NCBI GenBank assembly: GCA_963665275.2
Contig: CAXXIN010000007.1
Span: 640,001-704,000, forward strand
Direction: 5' to 3'
DNA length: 64,000 bases
Source of the DNA: Negativicutes bacterium
GTDB lineage: Bacteria; Bacillota; Negativicutes; UBA1444
The notes under the pieces: generated by a model
What the model was told of the DNA's origin: nothing
Database searches by the model: none
What the model saw: the letters and a program-made list of their open reading frames with translations, nothing else
Shown here: positions 38,669-48,825 of the stretch, in pieces
Layout: each line of letters opens with the position of its first letter
Numbering within the stretch: the stretch's first letter is position 1
Position numbers and translations under genes: made by a program

Positions 38669-39295
38669 TTATACGCTGGTTACCCCGGCATTGCCGCCCA
38701 TCGCCGTAGCATATTCAGATTCCGTTAAGCCGCCCGACCCATCCTGATCAAGGCTGTTGAACAAATTTGCCGCCATTTCTTCACTTACGTCTTCGGGGCG
38801 AGCCGCTGCCAGTTCATCGGCGCTTACGACACCGTCTTGGTTAGTATCCAGTTCACTGAACGACTGTGAATCAGTTGACGATCCTGAATCGGACGACGTA
38901 GACGAAGGCGGCGGCGGTGGCATATTATCCATGGCTGCAAATTCCGATTCCGTCAAGGAACTCGAACTATCCGAGTCAATGGTGCTATAAAGATTAGCAG
39001 CCATTTCTTCACTTACATCACTGGGTCGCGCTGATGTGAACTCCGTTTCGCTGAGTGATCCGTCTCCGTCGGTATCCATCTTGCTAAACATTTCCGATGC
39101 CGACACCATGGAAGATTTTGCCGCATCAGACAACTGGAATGTATCTCCGTCCGAATTGCTGGCAACAACTCCCGATAATGCGGATGTCGAGCTTTGCGAT
39201 GACTCTTCACTCGACTTGGAACTCTTTGTTCCACTATTGGCATACAGGCTGAGCAACAGTGCGGAGGAAGTGTTGTTCACGGAAGAAATGCTCAT
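38669..39295 (-). CDS. Ser-rich EF-hand protein (four EF-like loops) with a poly-Pro linker; possible flagellar-T3S substrate
   Basis: DTDGDGSLSETE, DSDSSSSLTESE, DTNQDGVVSADE, DQDGSGGLTESE; duplicated ARP.DVSEEMAANL; MPPPPP; start MSISSV. Confidence 0.85.
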   Translation of the reverse strand: MSISSVNNTSSALLLSLYANSGTKSSKSSEESSQSSTSALSGVVASNSDGDTFQLSDAAKSSMVSASEMFSKMDTDGDGSLSETEFTSARPSDVSEEMAANLYSTIDSDSSSSLTESEFAAMDNMPPPPPSSTSSDSGSSTDSQSFSELDTNQDGVVSADELAAARPEDVSEEMAANLFNSLDQDGSGGLTESEYATAMGGNAGVTSV

Positions 39296-39350
39296 TTTCA
39301 CACGCCTTCTTTCATATTTTTGGGACACGCTTTTGAAAATGTCCTTAGTC

Positions 39351-39390
39351 ATTATAATTGTCGCCGTTTTCTCTTTGAATATCATTTAAT
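39351..39390 (-). promoter_or_regulatory. Direct-repeat box occupying the -35 position, with a TATAAT -10
   Basis: Minus strand ATTAAA-tgata-TTCAAA, then 17 nt to TATAAT. Confidence 0.65.
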
Positions 39391-39423
39391 AATTGGCCTG
39401 TTATTCTTTTTTATGGAAACAGA

Positions 39424-39470
39424 AAAGCAGTGGACTTCTTGCCTTGTATAGCCAAGAAGTCCACTGCTTT
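39424..39470 (-). terminator. Terminator after hyi
   Basis: AAAGCAGTGGACTTCTTG...CAAGAAGTCCACTGCTTT. Confidence 0.7.
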
Positions 39471-39500
39471 ATTTTATCGTTCGAAAGGGCGTTAACCCAA

Positions 39501-40286
39501 TTACAAACTGAATCCGTAATCCCCGATCCAACGGAAAGAGCTGGCGCTATCCGAGATCGGTAGGTATTCGAGCCCGACATATCCTGTATACCCGGCAGCG
39601 TCAAAATCAGCCAACAACCAACGAAAATTGATCTCACCTGTTCCTGGTTGGTGCCTCCCGGGGTTATCGGCAATCTGGATATGTGCTATTTTTGACAGGG
39701 AGTTCCGCAAAATCCCGGAGAGTTCCCCTTCCATTCTTTGCGCATGGTAAACGTCATATTGAAGAAAAGCATTGGCGTGCCCGACTTCCTCCAACAATTC
39801 CAGCACCTGCGAGGTAGTATTCAGTGTGAACTCCGGCATGTCGCGCGAATTGAGCGGTTCAACCAGCAGTTTGACGCCGACGGCGGACAGAGTTTCCGCC
39901 GCAAACCGCAGGTTGTCAACCAACGTCTTTCGTTGCTCGGAAACTGGAATGTCCGGCAGCGTTTTCCCTGCCAGGCAGTTTACCTGCGGCGCCTTAAGCG
40001 CTTTGGCATATTCGGCTGCTTTATGTACGCCCGCCTGAAATTCCGGCTTGCGGGCGGGATCTATGGCGATGCCCCGGTCACCCGCCGCCCAGTTTCCTGC
40101 AGGCAAATTGAACAGCACAAGTTTTTGACCATTGTCAGACAAGACTTTTTGCAGATCCGCAATCGCATATTCATAAGGAGACATAAATTCCACCGCTTTG
40201 AACCCTGCTTTATTAGCTGCGGCAAAGCGCTCCATGAATGGAACTTCTTGAAACAGCATCGTCAGATTCACGGAAAATTTCGGCAT
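39501..40286 (-). CDS. hyi: Hydroxypyruvate isomerase
   Basis: FSVNLTMLF, EPLN..D.P, YDVYHAQ, HIQIADNPGRHQPGTGEI. Confidence 0.9.
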   Translation of the reverse strand: MPKFSVNLTMLFQEVPFMERFAAANKAGFKAVEFMSPYEYAIADLQKVLSDNGQKLVLFNLPAGNWAAGDRGIAIDPARKPEFQAGVHKAAEYAKALKAPQVNCLAGKTLPDIPVSEQRKTLVDNLRFAAETLSAVGVKLLVEPLNSRDMPEFTLNTTSQVLELLEEVGHANAFLQYDVYHAQRMEGELSGILRNSLSKIAHIQIADNPGRHQPGTGEINFRWLLADFDAAGYTGYVGLEYLPISDSASSFRWIGDYGFSL

Positions 40287-40324
40287 ATCTTCAGACTCCT
40301 TTCTGGTATAGTCTTGGCGCAGCT

Positions 40325-41095
40325 CTACCCAGCGGCCCGCTGATCACGGTATTGTTTCAGCGAATTGACCGCTTGTTGAACCTCTGGGGATTCGGGCAAT
40401 TTTTCGGCCATTTTTTCTAGATACTCCCGTTCTCTAACTGTGCGAAACGTCCATGGGAAATTCATGTCGAACATCCAGGACATACGGAACAGCATCAGAT
40501 CCGCCGAAGTCCGTATGTGCTCAAAGCGAGCCACCTCACCCTGAAGAATGCAATTCAAAGTGCCGGGTGAGACCTGTTGCACCTCGCCGTACTCCGGCAT
40601 CGGCAACATTTGGAACAACGCGTCCTCACTCGTGATCATCTCCAGGATATCAATCTTGTCCGCATCCCGGATCATCCGCGACAGATAGACCGATTCCTCG
40701 CTATCAGGAGGAATATCGCGACCATTATGATACCTCACAGCTTTTTGCACCAGCTCTTGCTGAACTTCCGGCAACTTCCCCAGCACACCCGTTTCTTTTA
40801 AAATGCGCACGCCCATGCAGGCGTGATCCTCGGACCGGAAATCATTGAACGTACGGTACTGCGTGTATTGCTGAAAACGTCCCACATCATGGAACAGCGC
40901 CACGGTCTGGGCCAAGGTGCTCCGTTCGGGCTCCAGTCGCAAAGAACCTGCCAACTCAGCCATCCGTTCACATACGCGGGCGGTGTGGTCTTCCTTGAGT
41001 CGCACGTGGGCCTGAATATCGGGGTCTTCCGAATAAAATGACCGTACATACTCTGTAAACCACCGCTTCAGCGGGTAAATGTCATCAGATATCAT
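40325..41095 (-). CDS. HD-domain phosphohydrolase
   Basis: LKEDHTARV, LFHDVGRF, DHA, RDADKIDI. Confidence 0.85.
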   Translation of the reverse strand: MISDDIYPLKRWFTEYVRSFYSEDPDIQAHVRLKEDHTARVCERMAELAGSLRLEPERSTLAQTVALFHDVGRFQQYTQYRTFNDFRSEDHACMGVRILKETGVLGKLPEVQQELVQKAVRYHNGRDIPPDSEESVYLSRMIRDADKIDILEMITSEDALFQMLPMPEYGEVQQVSPGTLNCILQGEVARFEHIRTSADLMLFRMSWMFDMNFPWTFRTVREREYLEKMAEKLPESPEVQQAVNSLKQYRDQRAAG

Positions 41096-41106
41096 ACCGT
41101 CACGTC

Positions 41107-41601
41107 CTATGACCTCATATTGATGAATTGGAGATCGATGCCGAAATCCTGCGCCCGTAAATGAGTGATCACTTTCTGCAGTTCATCTTTTTTCGCGCTC
41201 GATATGCGGATCTGGTCTCCCTGAGTTGAAGTCTGCACTTTCAGTTTCAGTCCTTTGATGGAAGCAACAATATCCCGTGCCTTGTCAGCTGCGATCCCGG
41301 TCTGGATCGTCATCATCTGACGCACAGTCCCTTTGGAAGCCTGTTCAATCTTGCCTGGAACCAAACTACGCGCCGAAATACCGGCTTTCACCATTTTCAG
41401 CCGCAGCACATCCATCATGGCATCCAGCTTAAACTCATCCTGCGCCGCAAATTTCAAGCCGGCCGCCTCAACTGTGATTTCCGCCAAGGCACCTTTAAAA
41501 TCATAGCGCTGGCCAATCTCCTTCATCGCCTGATTCACGGCGTTGTCCATACCCTGCATGTCGACCTGTGAAACCACGTCAAACGAACAATCCTGTGCCA
41601 T
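41107..41601 (-). CDS. yajQ: YajQ-family nucleotide/c-di-GMP-binding protein
   Basis: SFDVVSQVD, NAVNQA, RYDFKG, QGDQIRI, LQFIN.R. Confidence 0.9.
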   Translation of the reverse strand: MAQDCSFDVVSQVDMQGMDNAVNQAMKEIGQRYDFKGALAEITVEAAGLKFAAQDEFKLDAMMDVLRLKMVKAGISARSLVPGKIEQASKGTVRQMMTIQTGIAADKARDIVASIKGLKLKVQTSTQGDQIRISSAKKDELQKVITHLRAQDFGIDLQFINMRS

Positions 41602-41602
41602 A

Positions 41603-42511
41603 TTAATATCCCTCCCGTAAATATATTTTGTATTTTTCCACCAACCGGACCGGATAATAAGAGTCCTTTGCCTTGCGCAGGCCTTCCTCACCCATGTCTT
41701 CTTCCCGGTTGATAAACTCGACATCGCCCCAAGCCTGACGACAACATTCCTGATTGATCATTGCATAGAGCCCCTGTACGGCTGGATCTGCTTTTTCCAT
41801 GTGAATGACCATAGTATCCGTGTTCAGTGCCTCGCCAAAACTAAACGCCACCGGACGTCCATTCAATCGAATGATGCCGCCGCGCAACCCCAGCAAATCA
41901 AAATGTTGCAACGCTTCCTCAATCGCCCGATACTCGTTGCCGAGAACGGCACTGGCGTCACAGTCGCGGTTCTCACACCAGGCAGCCGCTACCTGCAGGC
42001 AATCCTCTCCTGAATCAGTGGTCAACGGTTCATATTGCCAGTCCGCATGCTCTGCCCGGAACCGGTTCACAAAATTTCGTTTTGAATGGTATTTTCGTCC
42101 GGCCAGCGTCCGCAAATCTTCTGCCCGGTAAAGGTAGTCGAAATAATCCCGCTGCGGTTCCATCAGAAAACGGTCTGGCCACATTTCCTGCACTTCGGCG
42201 CACATTGCGGGTGAAAGTCCTTTCATTAAAAAGCTCTCTCCGCGCGAAAGGCTCTCCTTCACCGCCGCATCAACTGCCTGCGCAAAAGCTTTCTCTGGCG
42301 GCGTAAAGGCAGGCAAAAAATAAATCAGGCCATTGGCCTGCAGCCGGACATACAATGATTCATCCTGCACAGCCCAGGATGTCGAATAATTATTTCGCCA
42401 AACCAACAAATTGGTGAACGTAAACCAGGAGTTCTCGTAATAGCGCCGGTGGAAGGCCAGGTCAAATACCTGCTTATCTTCCAGCTCAATGGGTTTAAAA
42501 TTCAATATCAA
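41603..42511 (-). CDS. DUF2156 / phosphatidylglycerol lysyltransferase-domain protein
   Basis: DYLY..EDL..LAGRKYHSKRN, HMEKA, INREEDMG.EGLRKAK.SY.P. Confidence 0.85.
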   Translation of the reverse strand: MILNFKPIELEDKQVFDLAFHRRYYENSWFTFTNLLVWRNNYSTSWAVQDESLYVRLQANGLIYFLPAFTPPEKAFAQAVDAAVKESLSRGESFLMKGLSPAMCAEVQEMWPDRFLMEPQRDYFDYLYRAEDLRTLAGRKYHSKRNFVNRFRAEHADWQYEPLTTDSGEDCLQVAAAWCENRDCDASAVLGNEYRAIEEALQHFDLLGLRGGIIRLNGRPVAFSFGEALNTDTMVIHMEKADPAVQGLYAMINQECCRQAWGDVEFINREEDMGEEGLRKAKDSYYPVRLVEKYKIYLREGY

Positions 42512-42625
42512 TCATCTCCATAATATTATATAATTCTCTCTTCACTTGTGTTTTCCTTTATATATTCAGACGTAAAAGAAAACACCGACTGCACTTTTTC
42601 TCTGCAGCCGGCATTTTTCTTCAGT

Positions 42626-45220
42626 TTATTGTTCGTCGCTCTTTTGCACTTCTAGGTCGATTTTTCCTGATTCCGCAGTAAGTTTGACCACCGACCCTTC
42701 AGGCACTTCGCCCCGTACAATGCGCTTGGAAAGCTCGGTCTCCACAGCCCGGCTGATCAATCGTCGCAGCGGACGAGCGCCATAGTTGGGATCGTAACCT
42801 TCCGTTGCCAGTCGCCTTAGGACCGCATCACTCCATTTCAACGTGATGTTGATCTGTTTCTGCAGCCGTTTCGCCAGTCCTGCCAGCATAATTCCGGCAA
42901 TTGTTCCAACTTGTTCTGCAGACAGGGCATTGAATACGATGATATCATCGATCCGATTCAGAAATTCTGGCCGGAAGTGAACTTTCATCATCTCAAGCAC
43001 CCGTCCTTTGGCCACTTCAAAGGAATTATTCAAGATCTCGGCTGACCCAAGATTCGAAGTCATAATGATCACTGTGTTCTTGAAATCAACCGTCCGGCCC
43101 TTGCCATCCGTCAAGCGTCCATCCTCGAGAATCTGCAGCAACACATTGAACACATCATTATGCGCTTTTTCAATCTCATCAAGCAAGATAACGCTGTATG
43201 GACGGCGCCGCACCGCTTCCGTGAGCTGCCCGCCTTCATCGTATCCGACATATCCCGGTGGTGCTCCAATCAGGCGGGACACAGTATGTTTTTCCATATA
43301 TTCGCTCATGTCGAGACGGATCATGCTCCGTTCGTCATCGAACAATACTTCAGCCAGAGTTTTAGCCAATTCTGTCTTGCCGACTCCGGTCGGTCCAAGA
43401 AAAACGAACGATCCGATGGGACGCCCGGGATCCTTGATCCCCGCCCGAGCACGGATGATGGCTTCACTGACAGCCTGCACTGCTTCGTCCTGTCCGACTA
43501 CACGCTCATGCAAGACATCTTCGAGATGCGCCAGCTTTTCGCGTTCGCCTGTCAGCATTCGGGTAACCGGAATGCCGGTCCAACGGCTGACGACTTTGGC
43601 GATATCATCTTCGTCGACTTCTTCTTTCAAAAGCATTTTATGGTTGCGTTTTTCTTTCAGCAGTTCTTCTTCGCTTTGTAATCGATGTTCCAATTCCGGC
43701 AGGCGACCATATTTCAGTTCAGCCAGACGATTCAGGTCATAGGCGCGTTCCGCCCCTTCCATGTCGTTGCGAACTGATTCGATTTCTTTTTTCAACCCGC
43801 GCAGCCGGGTAATCCCCTGCTTTTCAACTTGCCACTGCGCTTTTAGCGAATCTGATTGTTGCTTTGTTTCAAGCAATTCTTCTTCGATTCGGGCCAGTCG
43901 TTCCACGGAAGCTGGATCTTTTTCGTTTTTGAGCGCTTGCTGTTCGATCTCCAGCTGCATGACACGACGCAACAACTCATCAAGTTCAGTAGGCATGGAA
44001 TCGATTTCGGTCCTCAGTTTTGCAGCCGATTCGTCCATCAAATCAATGGCCTTGTCCGGCAAAAAGCGATCGGCAATGTAACGATCCGACAGAACAGCCG
44101 CCGCTACCAGCGCTGAATCTTTGATCTTTACGCCATGGTGAACTTCGTAACGGTCTTTCAGTCCGCGCAGGATGGAAATCGCATCCTCCACCGAGGGTTG
44201 CGCCACCATGACCGGCTGGAAACGGCGCTCCAACGCGGCATCTTTTTCGATATGCTTACGGTATTCATTGAGGGTCGTTGCACCGATACAGCGCAGCTCC
44301 CCGCGAGCCAGCATTGGTTTTAGAATGTTGCCGGCATCCATGGCCCCTTCGGCAGCGCCGGCGCCGACTACGGTATGCAGTTCATCGATGAACAGAATAA
44401 TCCTGCCCTCGGATTTAGAAATTTCTGTGAGTACACCTTTGAGACGTTCCTCGAATTCCCCGCGGTACTTCGATCCCGCCACCATCGCGCTAAGGTCGAG
44501 GGAATAAACGATCTTGTTTTTCAGTGATTCCGGCACATCCCCCGCAATAATCCGGCGGGCCAATCCCTCTACGATTGCCGTCTTACCGACACCAGGTTCG
44601 CCAATGAGCACAGGATTATTTTTGGTCCGCCGCGATAAAATCTCAATTACACGCCGAATTTCCTCATCCCGGCCAATCACCGGGTCAAGTTTCCCCTGTT
44701 TGGCCAGCTCGGTGAGATCGCGACCATACTTGGCCAGCAGCTGTTCGCCGCCTTCAGGGTTATCGCTGGTAACATTCTGCCCCTTACGAAAATCACGGGC
44801 CCATTCCCGGATTTTTGAACGGGTCAGCCCAAAATCCCGGCAAACTTGAACAACATCACTGTCGCCGTCTTCCGCAAGCGCCATCAGCAGATGTTCAACA
44901 CTGATATATTCGTCCTGCGCATCTTTCGCCATTTTTTCGGCCAGCGCCATCACCCGCACCATCGCGGTATTCCAGTGCAGGTTCCCTTCCTGCCCCTTGA
45001 CAACCGGCTGGTTTTTCACGAGTTGTCCGGCTTTCGTTTCGATCAGTCCCGGTTCGATCTTAGCCTGAGCCAATATATAATCAATGATCCCGTCCCGGTC
45101 TTTCATTAATGCATGCAACACATGCCGGGAGGTCACTTCCTGATGATAATTCATTGCCGCCGATTGCTGCGCGTCTTGCAGCACCGCCGTCGTTTTTTGC
45201 GTGAACTTTTCTTCCGCCAT
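42626..45220 (-). CDS. clpB: ATP-dependent disaggregase ClpB
   Basis: Two AAA+ modules ([16 protein letters not shown]), long M-domain, AELKYG. Confidence 0.97.
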   Translation of the reverse strand: MAEEKFTQKTTAVLQDAQQSAAMNYHQEVTSRHVLHALMKDRDGIIDYILAQAKIEPGLIETKAGQLVKNQPVVKGQEGNLHWNTAMVRVMALAEKMAKDAQDEYISVEHLLMALAEDGDSDVVQVCRDFGLTRSKIREWARDFRKGQNVTSDNPEGGEQLLAKYGRDLTELAKQGKLDPVIGRDEEIRRVIEILSRRTKNNPVLIGEPGVGKTAIVEGLARRIIAGDVPESLKNKIVYSLDLSAMVAGSKYRGEFEERLKGVLTEISKSEGRIILFIDELHTVVGAGAAEGAMDAGNILKPMLARGELRCIGATTLNEYRKHIEKDAALERRFQPVMVAQPSVEDAISILRGLKDRYEVHHGVKIKDSALVAAAVLSDRYIADRFLPDKAIDLMDESAAKLRTEIDSMPTELDELLRRVMQLEIEQQALKNEKDPASVERLARIEEELLETKQQSDSLKAQWQVEKQGITRLRGLKKEIESVRNDMEGAERAYDLNRLAELKYGRLPELEHRLQSEEELLKEKRNHKMLLKEEVDEDDIAKVVSRWTGIPVTRMLTGEREKLAHLEDVLHERVVGQDEAVQAVSEAIIRARAGIKDPGRPIGSFVFLGPTGVGKTELAKTLAEVLFDDERSMIRLDMSEYMEKHTVSRLIGAPPGYVGYDEGGQLTEAVRRRPYSVILLDEIEKAHNDVFNVLLQILEDGRLTDGKGRTVDFKNTVIIMTSNLGSAEILNNSFEVAKGRVLEMMKVHFRPEFLNRIDDIIVFNALSAEQVGTIAGIMLAGLAKRLQKQINITLKWSDAVLRRLATEGYDPNYGARPLRRLISRAVETELSKRIVRGEVPEGSVVKLTAESGKIDLEVQKSDEQ

Positions 45221-45238
45221 TTCTCTTCCCTCCTTCGC

Positions 45239-46156
45239 CTATCGGTTCCTTAATTCAAAAATCTTTCGATACATTTCAACTTCCTCGGGGCTCTGCTCCA
45301 GCGGAGTGTCGATTTTCACCCGCACGAACATATCTCCAAGCGTGCCATTTTTGCGTTTGAGGCCTTTATCTTTCAACCGCATTTTTTGTCCATTATGAAT
45401 ACCGGCCGGAATTTTCAGCTGAATCATTCCATCCGGCGTAGGCACAGAAATTTTGTCACCTACTACCGCCTGATCAGGATAAATGGTCAGATCAGCTTCA
45501 ATATCCACCTGGTCTTCGATTTTCCAGATCGGATGCGGCAACGCTTTCAGCTGCAGCAATAAATCGCCTGCAGTTCCGCCTCCACGCCCTTCGCCGCCAA
45601 GCCCCTTAAGGCGCAACACCGCGCCAGGATAAATTCGCGGTGGAATTTTCACCTTAACGGTCTTCGTTGTTCTGCCTGTCTGAATCTGGATATCCTTTTC
45701 GCCGCCTTTGTAAAATTCCTCGACCAAAAGATTGATCTCAGCTTCTATATCTTCGCCTCGCACAGGTCCGCGCGATCGCTCCGCACGGCCCCCGCGACGA
45801 CCAAAAACATCCTGACCGAACATCGAAGCGAAGAAGTCGCTGAAACCATCCAGGCCTTCCCCGTTGACATTTGCGTTGCGAAAATCAAACCCGCCGATAT
45901 CGGGACCAGGCTGAAAATCCTGCCCTGATTGCCAGTTCATGCCCAATCGATCGTACTTGGACCTTTTATCCGCGTCACTGAGCACTTCATAGGCCTCGTT
46001 GATCGTTTTGAATTTTTCTTCTGCCGCCTTCTTGGCATCACCCTGATGTAAATCAGGGTGATGCTGCCTGGCGAGCTTGCGGTAAGCAGTCTTTATTTCT
46101 TTCTCAGTTGCCGTCCGGGGAACTCCCAGAGCTTCATAGTAGTCGATAAATTTCAT
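45239..46156 (-). CDS. Class B J-domain protein (CbpA/DnaJ2-like, no zinc finger)
   Basis: HPD motif, G/F region FSDFF, DnaJ C-terminal domain. Confidence 0.9.
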   Translation of the reverse strand: MKFIDYYEALGVPRTATEKEIKTAYRKLARQHHPDLHQGDAKKAAEEKFKTINEAYEVLSDADKRSKYDRLGMNWQSGQDFQPGPDIGGFDFRNANVNGEGLDGFSDFFASMFGQDVFGRRGGRAERSRGPVRGEDIEAEINLLVEEFYKGGEKDIQIQTGRTTKTVKVKIPPRIYPGAVLRLKGLGGEGRGGGTAGDLLLQLKALPHPIWKIEDQVDIEADLTIYPDQAVVGDKISVPTPDGMIQLKIPAGIHNGQKMRLKDKGLKRKNGTLGDMFVRVKIDTPLEQSPEEVEMYRKIFELRNR

Positions 46157-46181
46157 CGTATGCTCACCGCCATTTCAGCCA

Positions 46182-48062
46182 TTATTTCTTTTCTTCGTAC
46201 TCAGCATCCATCACATCATCGCCGCTCTTTTTGTGTGCGGCAGGATTTTCAACCGTTGGCCCCTGTGCTTCCGGCTTACACTGGCACGCCTGTCCGTAAG
46301 CCTGCTCAAGTTCCGTTTTAACGCTGCGCATCGCTTCAATGTCCGCATTATCATCAAGCGCCTTCTTTGCTTTTTCTAACGCAGCTTCCAATAACCCTTT
46401 GACATGTGCAGGCAAAGTCCCTGCTTGTTCCGCCAGGATTCGTTTGGACTGATAGGCGAGGGAGTCCACTTCGTTCCGGACTTCCACCAGCAATCGCCGC
46501 TGTTTGTCTTCTTCGGCGTGTTGTTTGGCGGTATTGACCATATTGTTCACTTCATCCTTCGGCAAATTGCTCGAGTTGGAAATCGTGATGGTCTGTTCCT
46601 TGCCAGTTGTCTTATCTTTGGCGCTTACGGTCAGAATACCGTTGGCGTCAATATCAAAGGTGACCTCAATTTGGGGAATTCCCCGCTGCGCCGGCGCAAT
46701 ACCGCTGAGTTTGACCCGTCCCAAGGTTCGGTTGTCCTTGGCCATTTCACGCTCACCTTGCAGTACATGCACATCCACTTCTGGCTGGTTATCATCCGCC
46801 GTGCTGAAAACCTGGCTACGCCGAGCTGGAATCGTCGTGTTTCGCTCGATGATCTTGGTCATCACGCCGCCCAGTGTTTCCACCCCTAGAGACAACGGCG
46901 TCACATCCAACAATACGACATCTTTCAGTTCCCCCGTTAGAACGCCAGCCTGAATCGCGGCGCCTACCGCCACGACTTCATCCGGGTTCACGCTTTGATT
47001 CGGTTCCTTCCCCGTCAGCGAACGCACCATTTTTTGCACCGCAGGAATTCGCGTAGAGCCTCCAACGAGAATTACTTCCGCGATATCTTTCGCCGTCAGT
47101 TTAGCATCGGACATTGCCTGTTCCACCGGTTTGCGGCAACGGTTCACGAGCGCCGAAGTCAAATCGTCGAACTTGGCCCGGCTGAGTTTCGCCTCCAAAT
47201 GGCGTGGCCCGGAAGCATCCGCAGTAACGAATGGCAGACTGATGGTAGTCTCCGTAACGGCCGACAACTCAACCTTGGCTTTTTCCGCCGCTTCTGTCAG
47301 TCTCTGGAGCGCTTGCTTGTCTGTGCGCAACTCGATTCCGTCAGATTTCTTGAACTCGTCAGCCATCCAGTCCACCAGGACTTTGTCGAAATCGTCGCCG
47401 CCCAGATGAGTGTCCCCGCTCGTCGATTTTACTTCGAATACGCCATCTCCCACTTCGAGGATCGACACGTCAAAGGTGCCGCCGCCGAGGTCAAAGACCA
47501 AGATCGTTTCATTTTTCTTTTTGTCTAATCCATACGCCAAAGCCGCTGCCGTCGGCTCGTTGATGATCCGCAGGACATTCAGTCCGGCAATTTTCCCGGC
47601 ATCTTTGGTAGCTTGACGTTGAGCATCGTTGAAATATGCCGGTACGGTGATTACGGCATCAGTAATTTTTTCGCCGAGATACTTGGCGGCATCATCCACC
47701 ATTTTGCGCAGCACCTGCGCAGAAATTTCTTCCGGCGCATATCCTTTGTCGTCGACCTGAAACTTTACCGTATTTCCAGGTCCTGTCGTCACCTTATAAG
47801 GTACCAGTTTCATCTCTTCGGTGACTTCGTCATATCGTCGGCCAATAAATCGCTTAACTGATGAAAAGGTCTTTGTGGGATTCATTACCGACTGGCGTTT
47901 GGCCAACTGCCCAACCAACCTCTCGTTATTGTCCCGAAACGCCACTACCGATGGCGTAGTTCGACCACCTTCAGTATTGGCAATCACCTCCGGTCGTTCC
48001 CCTTCCAGTACTGCTATGACCGAGTTGGTCGTCCCTAAATCAATTCCTACTGCTCTTCCCAT
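46182..48062 (-). CDS. dnaK: Hsp70 chaperone DnaK
   Basis: [43 protein letters not shown]. Confidence 0.97.
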   Translation of the reverse strand: MGRAVGIDLGTTNSVIAVLEGERPEVIANTEGGRTTPSVVAFRDNNERLVGQLAKRQSVMNPTKTFSSVKRFIGRRYDEVTEEMKLVPYKVTTGPGNTVKFQVDDKGYAPEEISAQVLRKMVDDAAKYLGEKITDAVITVPAYFNDAQRQATKDAGKIAGLNVLRIINEPTAAALAYGLDKKKNETILVFDLGGGTFDVSILEVGDGVFEVKSTSGDTHLGGDDFDKVLVDWMADEFKKSDGIELRTDKQALQRLTEAAEKAKVELSAVTETTISLPFVTADASGPRHLEAKLSRAKFDDLTSALVNRCRKPVEQAMSDAKLTAKDIAEVILVGGSTRIPAVQKMVRSLTGKEPNQSVNPDEVVAVGAAIQAGVLTGELKDVVLLDVTPLSLGVETLGGVMTKIIERNTTIPARRSQVFSTADDNQPEVDVHVLQGEREMAKDNRTLGRVKLSGIAPAQRGIPQIEVTFDIDANGILTVSAKDKTTGKEQTITISNSSNLPKDEVNNMVNTAKQHAEEDKQRRLLVEVRNEVDSLAYQSKRILAEQAGTLPAHVKGLLEAALEKAKKALDDNADIEAMRSVKTELEQAYGQACQCKPEAQGPTVENPAAHKKSGDDVMDAEYEEKK

Positions 48063-48195
48063 AACCAAAACCTCCTTTTCTTTCTGCGCAATCGCGTAAC
48101 TGCTGTCTAATGAAAGCAACACAACACATTATGATAATTTCGTAAAAAAACCGGCCTCCCTTTCAGGAGAGAGACCGGTTCGCAAGTGCAACCTT

Positions 48196-48624
48196 TTACT
48201 GAATGTCCACCACATGTCCCTTTTCGGACTTGGTTGCCTTGGGAATCGTGATGGTCAGTACGCCTTCTGCGAACTTAGCTGACGCCTTGTCACTGTCAAC
48301 CAGCGCTGGCAACGGCAAGGTTCGACTGTAGGTTCCATAAAAACGTTCCGAATGGAAATAGTTATCTTTTTTATCTTCGAAGTCTGATTTTACTTCGCCA
48401 CGGAGCGTGATAGTATCTTCCGTCACCGTCACGTTGATATCCTCTTTTTTGACACCAGGCACATCAGCTTTCACAACGATTTCCGTTTCATTCTGGATAA
48501 TATCCACCTTGGGTTCGCCACCCTTGAATAAAACAGGAACATTAGGAACATCCAGCATCCTGGTCATGTCGGAGATGTCGCGGAAAAGGTGGTCCATAGG
48601 CGACCACATCCTGAGATTTGCCAT
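48196..48624 (-). CDS. Small heat shock protein Hsp20
   Basis: PKVDI, DVPGV, ERFYG.Y.R...LP, GVLTITIPK. Confidence 0.93.
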   Translation of the reverse strand: MANLRMWSPMDHLFRDISDMTRMLDVPNVPVLFKGGEPKVDIIQNETEIVVKADVPGVKKEDINVTVTEDTITLRGEVKSDFEDKKDNYFHSERFYGTYSRTLPLPALVDSDKASAKFAEGVLTITIPKATKSEKGHVVDIQ

Positions 48625-48668
48625 GTTGAACCCTCCTCATTTATTTTTAGGCTTTTGCCCTTGACTTG

Positions 48669-48710
48669 ATTGTAACAAACCAGTTTTTAAAAGTCAATAT
48701 TTTTGACTTT
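48669..48710 (-). promoter_or_regulatory. SigA promoter of the hsp20-dnaK-dnaJ-clpB operon with an overlapping inverted repeat
   Basis: TTGACT-N17-TACAAT with extended TG; AAAGTCAA-n5-TTGACTTT over the -35, containing a CtsR-like AGTCAAA half-site. Confidence 0.65.
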
Positions 48711-48825
48711 ATCTTTTTATAATATTTCATCGAAAAAATCATACGTTGGCTTATATACAAAAGACACCAAAAGTGCATACAAAAGGCGGCGTCAGTTTTC
48801 ACCAACGCCGCCTTTGAGAAACGAG

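Noticed and set aside
8400-39500. Mobile element or prophage boundaries around the accessory region
   Set aside because: No integrase, transposase, tRNA or flanking direct repeats seen.
48625-48825. CIRCE or HAIR operator before the chaperone operon
   Set aside because: Neither TTAGCACTC-N9-GAGTGCTAA nor CTTGAGT-N7-ACTCAAG is present; only CtsR-like half-sites.
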